A stretch of DNA of 64,000 nt from Octopus sinensis. Taxonomy: Eukaryota. This document shows, piece by piece, positions 41,072 through 54,945 of the stretch. Made by a program: the position numbers and the translations under genes. Positions within the stretch are counted from its first letter, which is position 1, and each line of letters starts with the position of its first letter. Location of the stretch: the NCBI RefSeq assembly GCF_006345805.1, contig NC_043000.1, forward strand, positions 52,142,001-52,206,000, in the 5' to 3' direction. A model generated the notes under the pieces. That model did no database searches. It worked only from the letters and a program-made list of their open reading frames with translations, and was not told where the DNA came from.

Positions 41072-42180
41072 ATATATATATATATCTGTATATGCATATG
41101 TATATAATGCACAAATATTGAATGAGGAAAAGTTGATACAGAAACACTCAATCTTTCAATATTTAGTTTTTGTCTAGTGTTTTGTTATGTATTTTATTAT
41201 TTTTATCCGACACATCGTAAAAAAGTTCCGATTTCATGTCATGTTCATACATCTGTCGTAGATAGAAACTTTTGTTTTTAAATGAGTATCGGAGAATTTT
41301 TGACCGAAACTGTAAACAAACAAAATCGACAGTGATAGGGAAAATTGCAAAGCTATATATTTCCACAGTTGTCAGTTATATATTATAATAGGATTATATG
41401 ATATGATTTTACTTTGATTTGCTTTTCGTTATTTTATCCTACAGTTTTATGGATTACATAAGCCGAATATCATTAGAAATTTGGAGATATTAAAACGTTC
41501 CATGAGTGTGATATTTTTGAATATGATTTACCTACTGTTCAAAATGGATGCATAAAATAAAACTTAAATGTAAAGTGAAATGGATATCTTGATATCATCG
41601 TTATGTATCCTGTGTTTTCTCATGAGCAGTTATATTTGAAAGGAATAATCGAGTGGGAAACAAAACCATGTGTGGAATAAATTAATTATAATTGACATTT
41701 TTGCTTTAGAAAATATACGTTATTGTGAAAACAATGAAGATGACAAGGGTAAGAAAGGAGGAAGGAAGAAAGGTAATCGATGGGGGTTAGAGCGACTAAT
41801 ATATGGAAGAGAATATTCAGTAATCATAAATGTGTAAATTATGTAATGCAAGAGATTCGGAAAGATTGTATATCACTACAGCTATAAGGAATACTTACAG
41901 CTATTGTAATTATCATATTTCCAAGCGATCATGCAGTCTTATATAATATTTTACGTAGATACTAGTGAGTAGAATAATGTTGTTTACCATGACGATTTTT
42001 TGATAAAGGTTCAATCCTATGTTTCTTCGAAAGTTGTGTATCGGGATTAACTGAATAAATGGTAACATTTCTTCTCTGCAACTGATTTACTGGCCTGTCA
42101 GACAAACCTGTATGTCGCTATAAGTGATGTAACTAAACGTTATTTATGAGTCTTGCATTCTTTACATATACATGAATATA

Positions 42181-42550
42181 GGCGTAGGAGTGACTGTGTG
42201 GTAAGTAGTTTGCTTACCAACCATATGGTTTCGGGTTCAGTCTCACTGCGTGGAACCTTGGGCAAGTGTCTTCTACTATAGCCTCGGGCCGACCAAAGCC
42301 TTGTGAGTGGATTTGGTAGACGGAAACTGAAAGAAGCCCCTCGTATATATGTATATATTGTCCACCCAGCATCGCTTGACAAACGATGCTGGTGTGCTTA
42401 CGTCCCCATTACTTAGCGGCTCGGCAAAAGAGACCGATAGATTAAGTACTAGGCTTACAAAGAATAAGTCCTGTGGTTGATTTGCTCGACTAAAGGCGGT
42501 GCTCCAGCATGGCCACAGTCAAATGACTGAAACAAAAGAGTAAAAGAGTA
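42181..42550 (+). mobile_element. SINE family B, full length (tRNA-like head)
   Basis: ggcgtaggagtgactgtgtggtaag (A box), gggttcagtc (B box), ccttgggcaagtgtc core and an A-rich taaaagag tail. Confidence 0.92.
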
Positions 42551-43701
42551 TATGTTCTATTAAGTCATATGCTTCATCGAATAGGAACTAACAATATTTA
42601 CTATAGCTCAAAGACTAAAAATAACTAATATCGAAATTGAAAACACTATAACAGACCCCCATCTAATAACTAAATAAACGAAAAGTAACCAAAATTGATT
42701 CAATAGAGCAGTAACAAGAAGCAGAAATATTAACCTGAGAACGGAATATGTGGCACAGTCGCGGAGGTTTCGTCTTCAGATGCCTGACGGATATGATTGT
42801 GATTTAGATAAACTAAATCAGGTTTTCCACTTCTAATAGTGTCAAACAGCCATAGAAAATATAATTGATCTATGGAGTTTGCCTTTTCTGTGGACACAAT
42901 CAGCTTAGCAACCGACCACATGTTCTAACGCCACAAATGCGGTTGACGGACTATTATTTGCTGATTTCAGGTATGACCTACCATGATGTTGCAGGTATAA
43001 GAAATCGATCCACGTTGTTTTCCTAGTGAGAATACTGCTTCCAAGTAATTGTGTCGTTACTCCTTCGCCACAAAAAGGAACTAGTTTGCGTAGTTGCTCC
43101 GTCTCGTTAATAAGCCTGCCTAGGCATCAACGTCAACGGTTACTGCTGGTTATAACAAATCATCGTCGTCCTGCTCTTCTTCATTTTCCTTGCCCGCAAG
43201 GAAGCAAACTTTACAGTTTGAGAGCATACGCGTCTATTTCGGGATGTCTTTTGCATTCTCCCACTATACTTAACGCGCACTTAATTCCAAATTTCGAAGG
43301 CGGCGTCATGCAATGAACTGAAAACCTTTTTGACGAAATATTGTTTTCACCTGTTCCTTTCTTGACTTACGGCAGCCGTAACTCTACTAATTTCTCCTTG
43401 CTTTCATTGGTTGCAGGTAGTGTTGACATTAGCATTATATAAACACGCACACACACACACACTCACATATTTATTGAAAAAAGGAAATCGATTACACACA
43501 AAATACACACAAGGCATAAATACTATAAAATACTATACAAACTTCTTCCACAAAGGTTAGTGAGTTTCTCTTAAATAAAATTTACTATTTCATATTCAAT
43601 TACTTTCTAAAACATCTTTTTGCAATTATTGTAACTGTTCCAGGTAATTTTTACAAGGCTATTTACGCGCACGCACACATACACACACAATATATATATA
43701 T

Positions 43702-43902
43702 AAACTTAGATAAACTTAGATATGTTTCGACCAAAGATTGGTCCAAGCCATGTATAACTTAATAGCACCACCTGAGAGGATTATCTAAATCCTGTTTAAG
43801 TCAAGTTTTGTTTATGGTCCATTCAGGTAGTGAGTTGTTGTATCCTGGTATGGGTGGCTTATCCTGTATTCCTTGAAGAAATCTGTCCAGACTCCGTTTA
43901 AA
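43702..43902 (-). mobile_element. CR1/L2-like LINE 3' tip within (TA)n
   Basis: Highly similar to 61157-61430. Same 3' stem-loop and (TATCTAAGTT)2 tail. Confidence 0.8.
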
Positions 43903-43986
43903 AAAATATATATATATAAAGTATAAATATATTTATAACATATATATAATATTTGTGTGCATGTATGTATATATATATATATATAT

Positions 43987-44078
<92 letters not shown>

Positions 44079-44094
44079 AATATACATATATATA

Positions 44095-44155
<61 letters not shown>

Positions 44156-44169
44156 TCAGATATATATAT

Positions 44170-44465
44170 AAGACGTGCACATGAAATGTATTAATTTGAC
44201 GCTCGTAAGAACAGAAAGTTTTTGACGCTTTGAGCATAGCACTTCGTCGGAACGGAAAAGGGATAAATCTAAAGAAAGAATAAAATCATCAAGCGGATAT
44301 CTGTAGTTACATTGCTGGTGAAGAGCTGAAGGTGTCGGTGGGAGTGATGGAAAGTAGGTAATAACGAAGAAGAACAGGAAGGAGAACTGAAGTGAAGTAA
44401 GAGAGACATGGACAAATGAAAACGATGCTGAAATGACATAGGGACGCACCTACCCAGGCATCTAC
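44170..44465 (-). mobile_element. Probable Penelope-like 3' end with decayed hammerhead motif
   Basis: Minus strand has CCGACGA-a-gtgc tat gctc-(g)aaa-gcg-TC at 44224-44250 and ends at (TA)n. There is only a weak LG..P...RF resemblance to PLE C-termini. Confidence 0.4.
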
Positions 44466-44474
44466 TCGACCATA

Positions 44475-44876
44475 TCTTTTATTTTATCTTATACTAGTTT
44501 GTCATGTGAGTACGGTCATGCTGGGGCTGTGACTTGCAGAATTTCACTCGAATGAATCGAACATTCTCTTTTAAGCTTGGTGCCTATCTTGTCGATCTTT
44601 TGCCGAATCGCTAAGTGACGTGGGACTTAAACACACCAACATCAGTTGTCAACCGGTTGTGGGGGACAAGCGCAGACAGAAAGACACAAGCATAGGTACA
44701 TAAACACACACATATACATATACCTATAGGACGGGCGTCTTTCCGCTTCCATCTACCAAATCCATTAGCAAGGCTTTGGACGGTCTGAAGCTATAGTAGA
44801 ATACACTTACCCCAAGGTGCTACGCAATCTGACTGAATCCGAGGCAAACGTCACACCACACAGCCACTCCTGCGCT
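44475..44876 (-). mobile_element. SINE family B copy
   Basis: Ends caccacacagccactcctgcgc (reverse complement of the head) and contains atctaccaaatcca...aaggcttt. Confidence 0.85.
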
Positions 44877-45376
44877 TATACACACAGACATACATATTTG
44901 TAACAGTCACGATGCTGAGAATGTTCAAAATAGAATACAACAGCAACTTCAAAGACATCTTACATTACTAAAATCACTATCCATTTCAATCACGTCAATC
45001 GATCGTGGCAACGTCTTATTATTCTCGTCATCATCCATTTCACCCACTTCTCATCTTTTAAGATATTATAAGCAACGGAGAAATTATCTCCTCTTCTCCT
45101 TATATATCTCGTGCACATTTTACCACATTACCAGTATTAGTTGAATTACCATATTCAAACGTTACTGAGTGTGAACCAACAAGCAGAAAAACAGCTTTAT
45201 TTTGCTTCAAATAAATGCTATTTCTCGCCTTTTATCTTTGTCACTGTCATCTTCCAATCCGTTTTTCCTCCATGTTGTCTTTCCTATTCTGATGATACTT
45301 GAGACTTAAGTGGCCATGATACGCACAAAATGATACAATATTTATACACACACAGAGACATAGACACACACACACA

Positions 45377-45493
<117 letters not shown>

Positions 45494-45500
45494 CATGCAT

Positions 45501-45597
<97 letters not shown>

Positions 45598-46282
45598 TAG
45601 ATAGATCTATAATTTATTTTCGATTTCAAACAGTTTAAAATGTCATACAAACACTCAGATAACATGACAGATTGATTGAACTCTATTTCTATTATATGTT
45701 AGCAACGATTTAGTAGCGATTTCTTGTACGATGTAAGAAATGCCAATGATATCGGGCAGTTGTCAAATCCAAAGAGACAATTATATGGAAATTCGAAATC
45801 CTTTTCTTTTGAGAAAGCTTATTTTGTTAGAATGGAAATTAGGCATCAAATTACATGCACGCCCAAAACACCGAGGGGCTTAGTTAGTCATAAACTATAT
45901 AACATAAACCAATGCACACGGACACACACACACACACACATGCACACACACACATGGGCACACACACACACACTAATCTGAGAGTTATGTCGTCTGCACT
46001 GATTCACTTTTTGTTCTAAAACGATGCTTCATATATTTTACTCTCAACCGGTCGGTTCGTCCTGTTTCTACACATGCCAAATATAGAATAACGTGAAATT
46101 AAACAGAAATTTCTTTTAGAAAAGTGTGTAAATATAACTAGAGTTTCTTCTTAACATTTACCTTTGTGACCAGTCATTAGAAGAAACCAAAGTAAACTGA
46201 CGTTTGATGTAATAAGCATAACTTATCTCTTCTTTAAGTATAGGCTTACTTATCAGAAATACTCACACACCTACCCAAACAT

Positions 46283-46337
<55 letters not shown>

Positions 46338-46357
46338 TATATATATATATATATATG

Positions 46358-46962
46358 AGTATAATTATAATTAGGGTTTAGCAAAAAATTTGCTTAACCA
46401 CATAGATATGAAAATGCAACATTCACATTTTCATTCGATCATTCTCTTCAGCAGCACAAGATTTCAATCTTTTAAATTTGAGAGCAATGAAAAAATTAAA
46501 CATACCTATCTGATTCAAGTAACATCAGACAAACTATATCCAATGACTAGTACTAACGAATTCAAAATATACGAATGATGTCTCGTATTCTCCGTGAATG
46601 CGTTAGTACTGGTCATTGGATATAGTTTGTCTGATGTTACTTGGATCAGATAGGTATGTTTAATTTTTTCAGTGCTCTCAAATTTAAAGGATTGAAATCT
46701 TGTAGTGATGAAGAAAATGATCGAATGAAAATGTGAATGCTGCATTTTCATATCTATCTAACTCAGAAACGCGTCCACAAGTAATCAAATACTGATTGAC
46801 TTTTCGCTTTTTCCTCTATGCCTACGTAGGTTGTTTTGAGTATTTGTTATCTAGGAGTTGCTTCTTATAGTAGAGGAAATAGCTAAGTTTTTTGGCTGCT
46901 ATTTCTAAAGTTCGGTATGTGGTTAATAAAATTTTTTGCTGAACCCTAATTATAATTATACT
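46358..46962. mobile_element. ~600-bp foldback element (inverted arms, 30-nt centre) with a reconstructable hammerhead motif
   Basis: Left arm 46358-46564 and right arm 46595-46962. The left arm lacks 161 nt present in the right arm. The ORF track shows near-identical peptides on opposite strands. Confidence 0.85.
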
Positions 46963-47075
46963 TATAATTATAAAAAGAAAATATTGTTTAAGTTTACCGA
47001 AAATGGTCCATTTAACATGCCGAATACTACTTGGTGGAATTATTAATTACTAATTAATTAATTTTACCCTTTATT

Positions 47076-47127
<52 letters not shown>

Positions 47128-47197
47128 ATATAAATGTATGTATGTATTTATGTATGTATATATAATATACGTATATATATATATAAATGTATGTATG

Positions 47198-47251
<54 letters not shown>

Positions 47252-47569
47252 TAGCAAAAAAGGAGAGAAAGAGAAAAAGACATAAAGAGAAAGATATATA
47301 TATATATATATAATATGCATAGATAGATAGATTTACGTTTCTAAATCAAGAACTGCAGAACAAGTAACAGATCCGGAAGGTAGAACAGGATATGCATAGA
47401 CATACAAATGCGTTCTCTTACAGGCAAGGGGTTTTGGGTGGTGTGTAGATAATCTAGGATATAAGCATATCCATATTCTATGAATTTAGTACTCTTGTGG
47501 ATTATGTTCTCTTATGCACGTGCACAAGTGCATTTACAAATAAGTATGTATGTATATATACACACTTGC

Positions 47570-47646
<77 letters not shown>

Positions 47647-48104
47647 GTATGTATGCATGTATGTATATATATATATAACAGTTTGAGTAAAAAGTAAGCA
47701 ACGTTTTGAACCATGAAAAATTTGTACCGGACTTTTGTAAAATTTTGAATTTCTTAAACATTGTTTTGAAATTTTCTGATAATACAGGCATAGACTTGCC
47801 CAAATGCAAAAATAAATTAATACTGACGTTTTTTATATTTTTCTTACCGTTAATCCAATCATCTCTGACCGATTTAATCTTAATTTTTTTGTGCTTTGTT
47901 CGAAAGTTTTGGCGTAAGTTGTAATATTTGTATTTAATTGTTGAATTTGCACTGTTGAACTTTTGTTGAGTGTTCATTAAACATCTATTTTTCTGCTTGC
48001 GGTAGACCTTTTTTAACGATTTCTCCCTTGTGTGAATGAGAAAAAAATATTGTTGTATTTTTCAAATAAATAAATAAATAAATAAAATAAAAGGATAAAT
48101 CACC

Positions 48105-50948
48105 TATTAAAACCAAGACCAGTGGAGAACCTGGTACAAGTGAAGATATCAGGAGCGGAGAAGGTAGCATGCCAACAGGAGAAGAGTTTATCCAAGGAAG
48201 AAAATCTAGCAATTTTGCAGCAGCGGCCGGTGTCTGAAAATGACAATAAATTGTGGAAGCGATGACCTCGGAAAATACAAAGGTATGATGAAAAGGGAGG
48301 GGAGCGAGACAGTGATTAAACCTCCTGTTAAGACGACGCAGAATGCACTGCGGTGCACCATGATATATACATCATTTGTGACCAAAGCAAAAAAAACAAA
48401 AACTGGATAACGCAAGTAAAGAGGCGGTGGTGATGTGCCTCCGTCCAGTTTGGAATGACGTGATATACATCACAAGAGGAGTGGAAATATGCCACTATAG
48501 GAGTCCGTTTCAAAACCAAGGAAGAAGCAAAGGAAGCGTCGACGACATCATTAAAAACGCAGGAGTTGGTACTGCTACCTAATTATCTTGGAAGATAGCA
48601 TTCCAAGATTAAGATAGTAGACATCCCACCCGAAGTATATCCCGCTTGGCTGGTGGCAGCCATGATAAACGGCTCGGAAGATGAGATCACAATTCTCCAA
48701 GCCTCAGCGCTTGGACTACAGAATTGGCAAGGAGAAGGCATCGAAATAATTATGTAGGCTGCCCCGGCTGATTTAGAAAATATTATAGAAACTATACAGG
48801 CGGGGGAGACTAAGCTGCGAGTCACGGTAGAGGGAAGGATGCCTCGTTGCTACAAGTGCAGTCAAAAAGACCACCTTAGGGTCGAGTGCAAACTTCTTCC
48901 AGAAAGAGCAGCGACTTACCCACCTGAAGAAAAATACAGAAGCTACAGGTGAAACGCAGGATGAAACATCGGAAAATGAAACAGAGGAAGAGGCGAAAGG
49001 TGGAAAATTTTCTCCAGAAAAAGACCCTCATCCAACCCCACTAGCCCGACATCAAAAAACAAAAAAGGAACATATCACACAACTACACAAAAAAGCTCCC
49101 AACTCCAAATGTTCTCCACCCATCTAGACATGGATTATACTGCAGTAGCAACAAGTAACAATTAACTACTGCATCGACAAAAAGACATACTAAATGCGTC
49201 CAACGTAACCAAAGACTACTAAGGAAAGCTCATCCCCCAAATTATTACTATTTATAAAATAGACAGAGCCAATTAAAACATGTTGGCAAATCGATTTAAA
49301 AACATGGGCCCTCTGCGGAAAGACCTTCCCCTTGTTATGTTTGAGGGTCTAGACAATGACATCTCGCAAGCCCCGGACGAAAAACAAAAGGAATGAGATG
49401 GACCTACCATCCCATCTCAAACTGTAAGTATAAACATTATGTATATTCTTAATGTAGAGTGTTTGAATGTACGCAGTTTGAGGTCAGAGTGGAAACAACG
49501 TCGTTTCGTTAATGACCTCGGGTCGCATAGAATGGATATTATAGTTGCCACAGAGCCCAGACTGAGTAATCAAAGAGATTTCTCGGCACCTAAATGGCTA
49601 CGAAAAAATTATTTCTTCATGCCTGTCTGGAGAAGGGAGATGCGTTGCTGTATTGGTCAGGAAAACCTGGATTGAGAGACAAAAACTATCTTCATCGACC
49701 TGGAAGGTAGGCTGGTCGTTCTGGACGTGACACTAAGCTGGGGTAAGGTCATCTGGCTGGTAGCTGTCTATACTCCTTCGGGAACTGGACAGTCTGATAT
49801 TTTTCGGGGTCTGGAGAAGTTTCTTGGGATATCTCACACCATAGTAATGTTAGGTGACTTTAACGTAATCTGCGATGCACGCGTAGAGTACGTTGGATCC
49901 TCAGGAGGAGAAACATGTGCTTCAATAATTTGCTCAGTCGGTTTCAGATGGCAGAAAGGTACAGACTAGATGTCCCAGATGCTGAATTGTGGACATGGAA
50001 TAATAGCGATTGGTCATCTAGATCTTATTTTGACAGGTTTCTAATTTGGGAAATAGACAAAAACCTCGTTAGTCGTTCACAATTTCACTATGTCAGCTAC
50101 ACTGATCACAAATCTGTGCCCTGTCAGGCTACTGCAATCTCAATAAGTCACTTTTGGCTCATGAGCAATACAGGAATCGGATTAGACAGTTAGTGATGAG
50201 AGCTTGTATGGTGCCATTATTAACAACAAATGGTGGTATGCCCACAAAAGAGCCATGAAATTTGAGTTTATTAGGTATAGCAAATAATTAGTGGCTAAGT
50301 AAAATAGAGTTGAAAGGCTCTAGACGAAGCACTGGAATCTGGGTCCGCGCCCCGAGTTTTAGCTGGGAGAATGTCGCTTAGCAATCATCTTGAGGCCAAA
50401 AGGGAAGATGCGTAGTCAGGGCCAAGCAACATGCATTGGGTTGGGAAGGAATCAAAGCTGCGGTATGAGCCCGTATGATAGAGACCCAATGTGACAATAA
50501 TGGCACTATAAGGTCTTTGATGAATAATCAAGGGAACTTGGTAAACGAACCCGAGGAAATGTGTAAGGTCTTTCAGGAGCATTTCGCCCTGCTTTTCGGG
50601 AGAGGCGGCAAGCCAGAATGGAGGAGGGACCTCACGGACTTCCTCACTGGCGTGCTGCGTCTCTCTGAGCGGGAAGTGGAGTGCACTTCCCGATCACAGC
50701 TGCGGAGGTGCAGGAGGTTTTGTCGAACTAGCGGGGACAAGTCACCGGGGCTAGGTGGTTTTCCCTACAAGTTTATAACAGTGTGCTAGACTTGTTCGGA
50801 CACCTACTGGCATTCGTTTTTGCCAACTGCCAACAGAATGAGTGTATACCCAGATCTGTGAGCCGGGGAGTGGTAACGCTGCTTAGAAAGGACCCAAATA
50901 AATTATAGAAATTTCAGGCCCATCACTCTGCTTAACATAGAGTTGAAG
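48105..50948 (+). mobile_element. L1/Tx1-clade LINE: ORF1 with CCHC knuckle, APE endonuclease and start of RT; 3' part missing
   Basis: CYKCSQKDHLRVEC (48848-48889). ORF2 from 49439: LNVRSL, DIIVATE, VAVYTP, LGDFN, DRFLI, YTDHKSV, KSPGLGG, NFRPITLLNIELKI. Many disablements. Confidence 0.9.
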
Positions 50949-51758
50949 ATCTATCTATATGTCTATCTATGTACCTACCTACATAATACCTATCTACCCA
51001 CTTACCTGCCCATTTACCTAGTTATCTATCTATATATCTATATATCTATCTATCTGTCTGCCTGGTTGTCTGTCTATCTGTCTGTTTATCTATCGATCTA
51101 TGTACCTACCTACCTACTTACCTATCTAACTATCTATAATTATATGAGTACATATATATATTTATATATGTATATGTATACCTGTCAATATGATATATAT
51201 ATATATATATATTATAAGATAATGAAAGCTATCGTCATTGATAACAAACTCTTAAGGGATACACCGTACTTTGTTTTTGCTCTCATATTAAAACCGATGT
51301 GAAAATATTGTTTCATTATCAGTAGATGATGGTTCTACTGATAACTACTACACAGAAATATTACCTTTCTGAGATATGACAATTCAATTTATAAACATAT
51401 TTTGTGTAGTCTCTGAAAATATATTCTAATTATCAAAAATATATATATGCTATAAATATATCTATGACTGTTCGTATACGTTCTTATAAAATATATCAAG
51501 TGCTTTGCTGAATTAATCAAATTTCATTTGCCTTTTTAAAATTGTTTTCGCAGTAAACTAATATTGTTAATTTGGTATTATAATTTTATTAAACAGTAGA
51601 TATAAGGAAAGAAATATTCGAACATTGGTTAAATTGTGTTATATGATATGGAACAAATAGCATGATATAAATAGAAAATAAAATGTAAATATTTACTTTT
51701 ACATTCGTATTTTATATATGTATACTAATGAAAATTTGTCGTTACATATTTATATTTA

Positions 51759-51790
<32 letters not shown>

Positions 51791-52576
51791 CAGGTATAAT
51801 GACAAAATTTCATTAGAATTTCATAAGATGTAATATTCGAGCTAACATATCGAAGTTAAAATAAAAGGAAAGTTTAACATTTCAGTGAAAGCGACGTAGC
51901 TGATTTTTAAACGCTTTGTTGAATACTTAAATTCAATAACTTGTTATCTTATAAAGAAAAAAAAAACCCACCCAAAACGCTTGAAATCTAAAATCTTTAA
52001 CTGCTGTGCTGTTGGCTTAAAGGGTTAAAGATAGAACATCACCTATACGTTTACTTTGATGAAAGATAAAATTAATATTCTTAATTATATTAAAAACCTT
52101 ACTTCAGAAATAGTTAATTCTATTATGGCCATGGTGGAGTATGACTTAAAACTTCACAAACTCATAAATAATGATATTCTAAAGCGAAGCATTGGCGGTA
52201 GTTTTCTAAACGTTGTCAATGTGACCTTGGGATTCTAGTTTACAACCAAAGGGAACGTTGAACAAGAAATTAAAACAATTGTAGCTGTAAAAACTATTGC
52301 AGTAATTAGGTATAGCATGATCATTATGTGTGGACAATTAGATTAACAGACTGATATATTTTCTTGTGTTAAAGTTCTTCTGATCTCTTATCACGAATAT
52401 TCTGAGTAAACATCTTAAGTAGAAACAATACAATTTCTTGTCGTTTTGTTTTTCAATTTTTCAAAAGTTTCTCTAACACTATTTCAGTCTGTCGGAGATA
52501 ATCGAGCAACATGTACATAAGCGCTCAGAGTGCCATATTATTAGAACGACATGTGTGTTGTATTTATACTACAATA

Positions 52577-53831
52577 CGAGGTGGTATCAAAAGGTTCTCG
52601 GACTAGTTCTGTAGCGCTCCAGCAGATGGCAGCACACGGTCGCGGGCAGAGTAGGAGCTACCAGTGACCTTCATGAGGCAGTATGCCAAGTGACATTGCT
52701 GTGATTACTTCACAAGTTGTGAAATTTGCGTTTTTTGTGATCACGTGTATGCTGTAGTCTGTGATTTTGTCATGGACAGGAAGTTGAAAGAAAGAGCCAA
52801 TGTGAAATATTGCGTTAAACTTTGGACGTCTCTTACTGACATAGTGAACATGCTTCGGAGAGGCATAGGATCGTACGCAATGTCTCGAGCGACACGGGCA
52901 CTTCAAAAGCAGAAGAACGTCTCTGGAAGACAACGAGTGATTTGCAAGACCTTCCACGAGCGTCACCCCACCAAAAGGTGGCAAAAATTCATCAGCTTGT
53001 GTATGACGATCGTTGCAGGCCAGTCAATGACATTGCTGATGTTGTTAGTCTGTCGTGTGAGTCTGTGCAGGCAATCCTAACATCTGAATTGGACATGCAG
53101 CGTGCCTCTGCCAAGTTTGAATCCCGCCTGCTTTCCACTGAGTAGAAAGAACATCGCATCGAAGCCTGTCGAAATCTCGGTCAGCTTGCCGTTGATAACC
53201 TATCGTTTATATCGGGAATTATCACCAGTGGCGAGAGTTGGGTTTATGGGTACGAACCAGAGACAAATCAGCAGTCGTCGCAATGGAAGGGACCTTCACC
53301 TCCACGACCGAAGAAGGCACAACAGCATCGAAGCTCAATCAAGAGCGGGCTTAACGTTTTTTTTTTACATTCGCAGTATTTTGCATCGAGAATTAGTCCC
53401 TAAGGGCCAGGCGGTCTATCAAGAGTTCTGCAGTGACGTTGTGAAGTGTTTGAGGAAGGAAATTCAGCAAAAGCGACCAGATCTATGGAGTTGAATTCTT
53501 CACGACGATAATGCACCCTGTAAACAGGCTCTCCTTACTCTTGCGCTTCTTGCCAAAGACAACATGGCATCGCCTTCGCACCCACCCTATTCACTAGATT
53601 TATCATCACCTGACTTCCATCTGTTCCCTAAGAGGAAAATGCAGCACAAAAGACGTCATTTTAACACCAGTGACAAAATCCACAGCGAATTGAAGAAGGT
53701 CCACGATTCGCTTATGGAAAAGGATTTCCAGGCTGGACTTCAAAAGTGACAGGAATGCTGGAACCGGCGCATTGCTGCACAAGCTGACTATTTCCAAGAT
53801 GTTAAAATAAGTTATGCTTGATACCAACTCG
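52577..53831 (+). mobile_element. Near full-length mariner (DD34D) with TIRs and TA TSD; transposase pseudogene
   Basis: TA|cgaggtggtatca ... tgataccaactcg|TA (14/15 including TA). ATG at 52772. ITSGESWVYGYEP, LHDDNAP and PPYSLDLSSPDF, with 34 residues between the last two Asp. Confidence 0.93.
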
Positions 53832-53952
53832 TATCATTGAAAAGATACCTAGAGAGCATCTCTTGTGAGAAACGTACAGGAGAATAGAAGATTTGACACC
53901 ATTTAGAGTGTCCCGATGAAAATGTGCTGCTGCTGCTACTACAACTACTACA

Positions 53953-54008
<56 letters not shown>

Positions 54009-54009
54009 C

Positions 54010-54049
<40 letters not shown>

Positions 54050-54783
54050 ATAATAATAATAATAATAACAATATTAATAATAATGAGTGCGTGTGCGTGA
54101 TCAAACTGACTTTAATGTACATGTTTCAAATGTTATCAAGTGTGAAACAAGCTTTCTTCGAATTACTTTTTTTAAATACAACACTACACGGTTAAGCTAA
54201 GCCTTAGTGCTATAGCTACGCTAAATCTGAAATGAACGATATCTATTTTTGTGTTTTAAGGGTTTTTCTGTTTATTGTCACGATTACTTTGGGAAATAGG
54301 GGTAAAATCAAGAATACTTTGAAGAATCGAAAAAATCCTTTTTTATTTCACTTTAGTTGAGCCAATATACGCGGTGGTAAAAAAAATTCTTGTCGAAGCT
54401 TTTGACATGTCTTTCTGTTCAAAGGAATCTTTTTACTGACTCACTGATTTTCACGCTAGTAGATCTTTAATACAACCTTGTATCATATCTATTTAGTAGA
54501 TAATATAACGCAAGAACACGAGGAAAGCATAATGACATAGTTTACGACATTTCTGATAACATTCTGCTTTGCTTTTAGAATATTTCTTCTGTTCACTTCT
54601 AATCAAACAACTCTGTTTAAAAGATCTGAATTAACTGTTTGCCCTCAAAATTATTTGAATTTAGCAAACCTATTTGCAAGTATAACAAGTTAGCTAATAT
54701 ATTCTTTTACATTACATTTAAAATTAATGCTGTTGATAGTCTTTAAACAATTATGATTTTTTTATCGTGTAATTTCTGCCTTA

Positions 54784-54945
54784 TCTATTATATAAAATCC
54801 GTTCTGTCTGTGTGTGTATGTATCTTCTAGGATCTCGGGCATCCTCCATCCGATTGCGCTTAAATTTGATATGTAGATACCGACGGTATCAAGGTGTGTA
54901 TAAGTCTTGAAATAATACTTATTGGAGAAGAAATCAAAATTTTTC
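54784..54945 (+). mobile_element. Non-autonomous Helitron-like 5' fragment
   Basis: A|TCtattatataaaatccgttctgtctgtgtgtg...ccgattgcgcttaaatttg, the same architecture as the 26243 element. Confidence 0.5.

Noticed and set aside
42700-43330. GC-richer unexplained segment with SKFGIK on the minus strand (piggyBac-like?)
   Set aside because: It is a single short motif with no further transposase motifs in order, so it was left unannotated.
43722-43745. GACCA/TGGTC hairpin followed by GAAAC on the minus strand (also 61186-61207)
   Set aside because: There is no CUGANGA and no stem I/III. It is better explained as the LINE 3' UTR stem-loop.
54110-54140. Minus-strand TTGATAA...GAAACATGTA hammerhead-like string
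   Set aside because: No pairable stem II or stem I.
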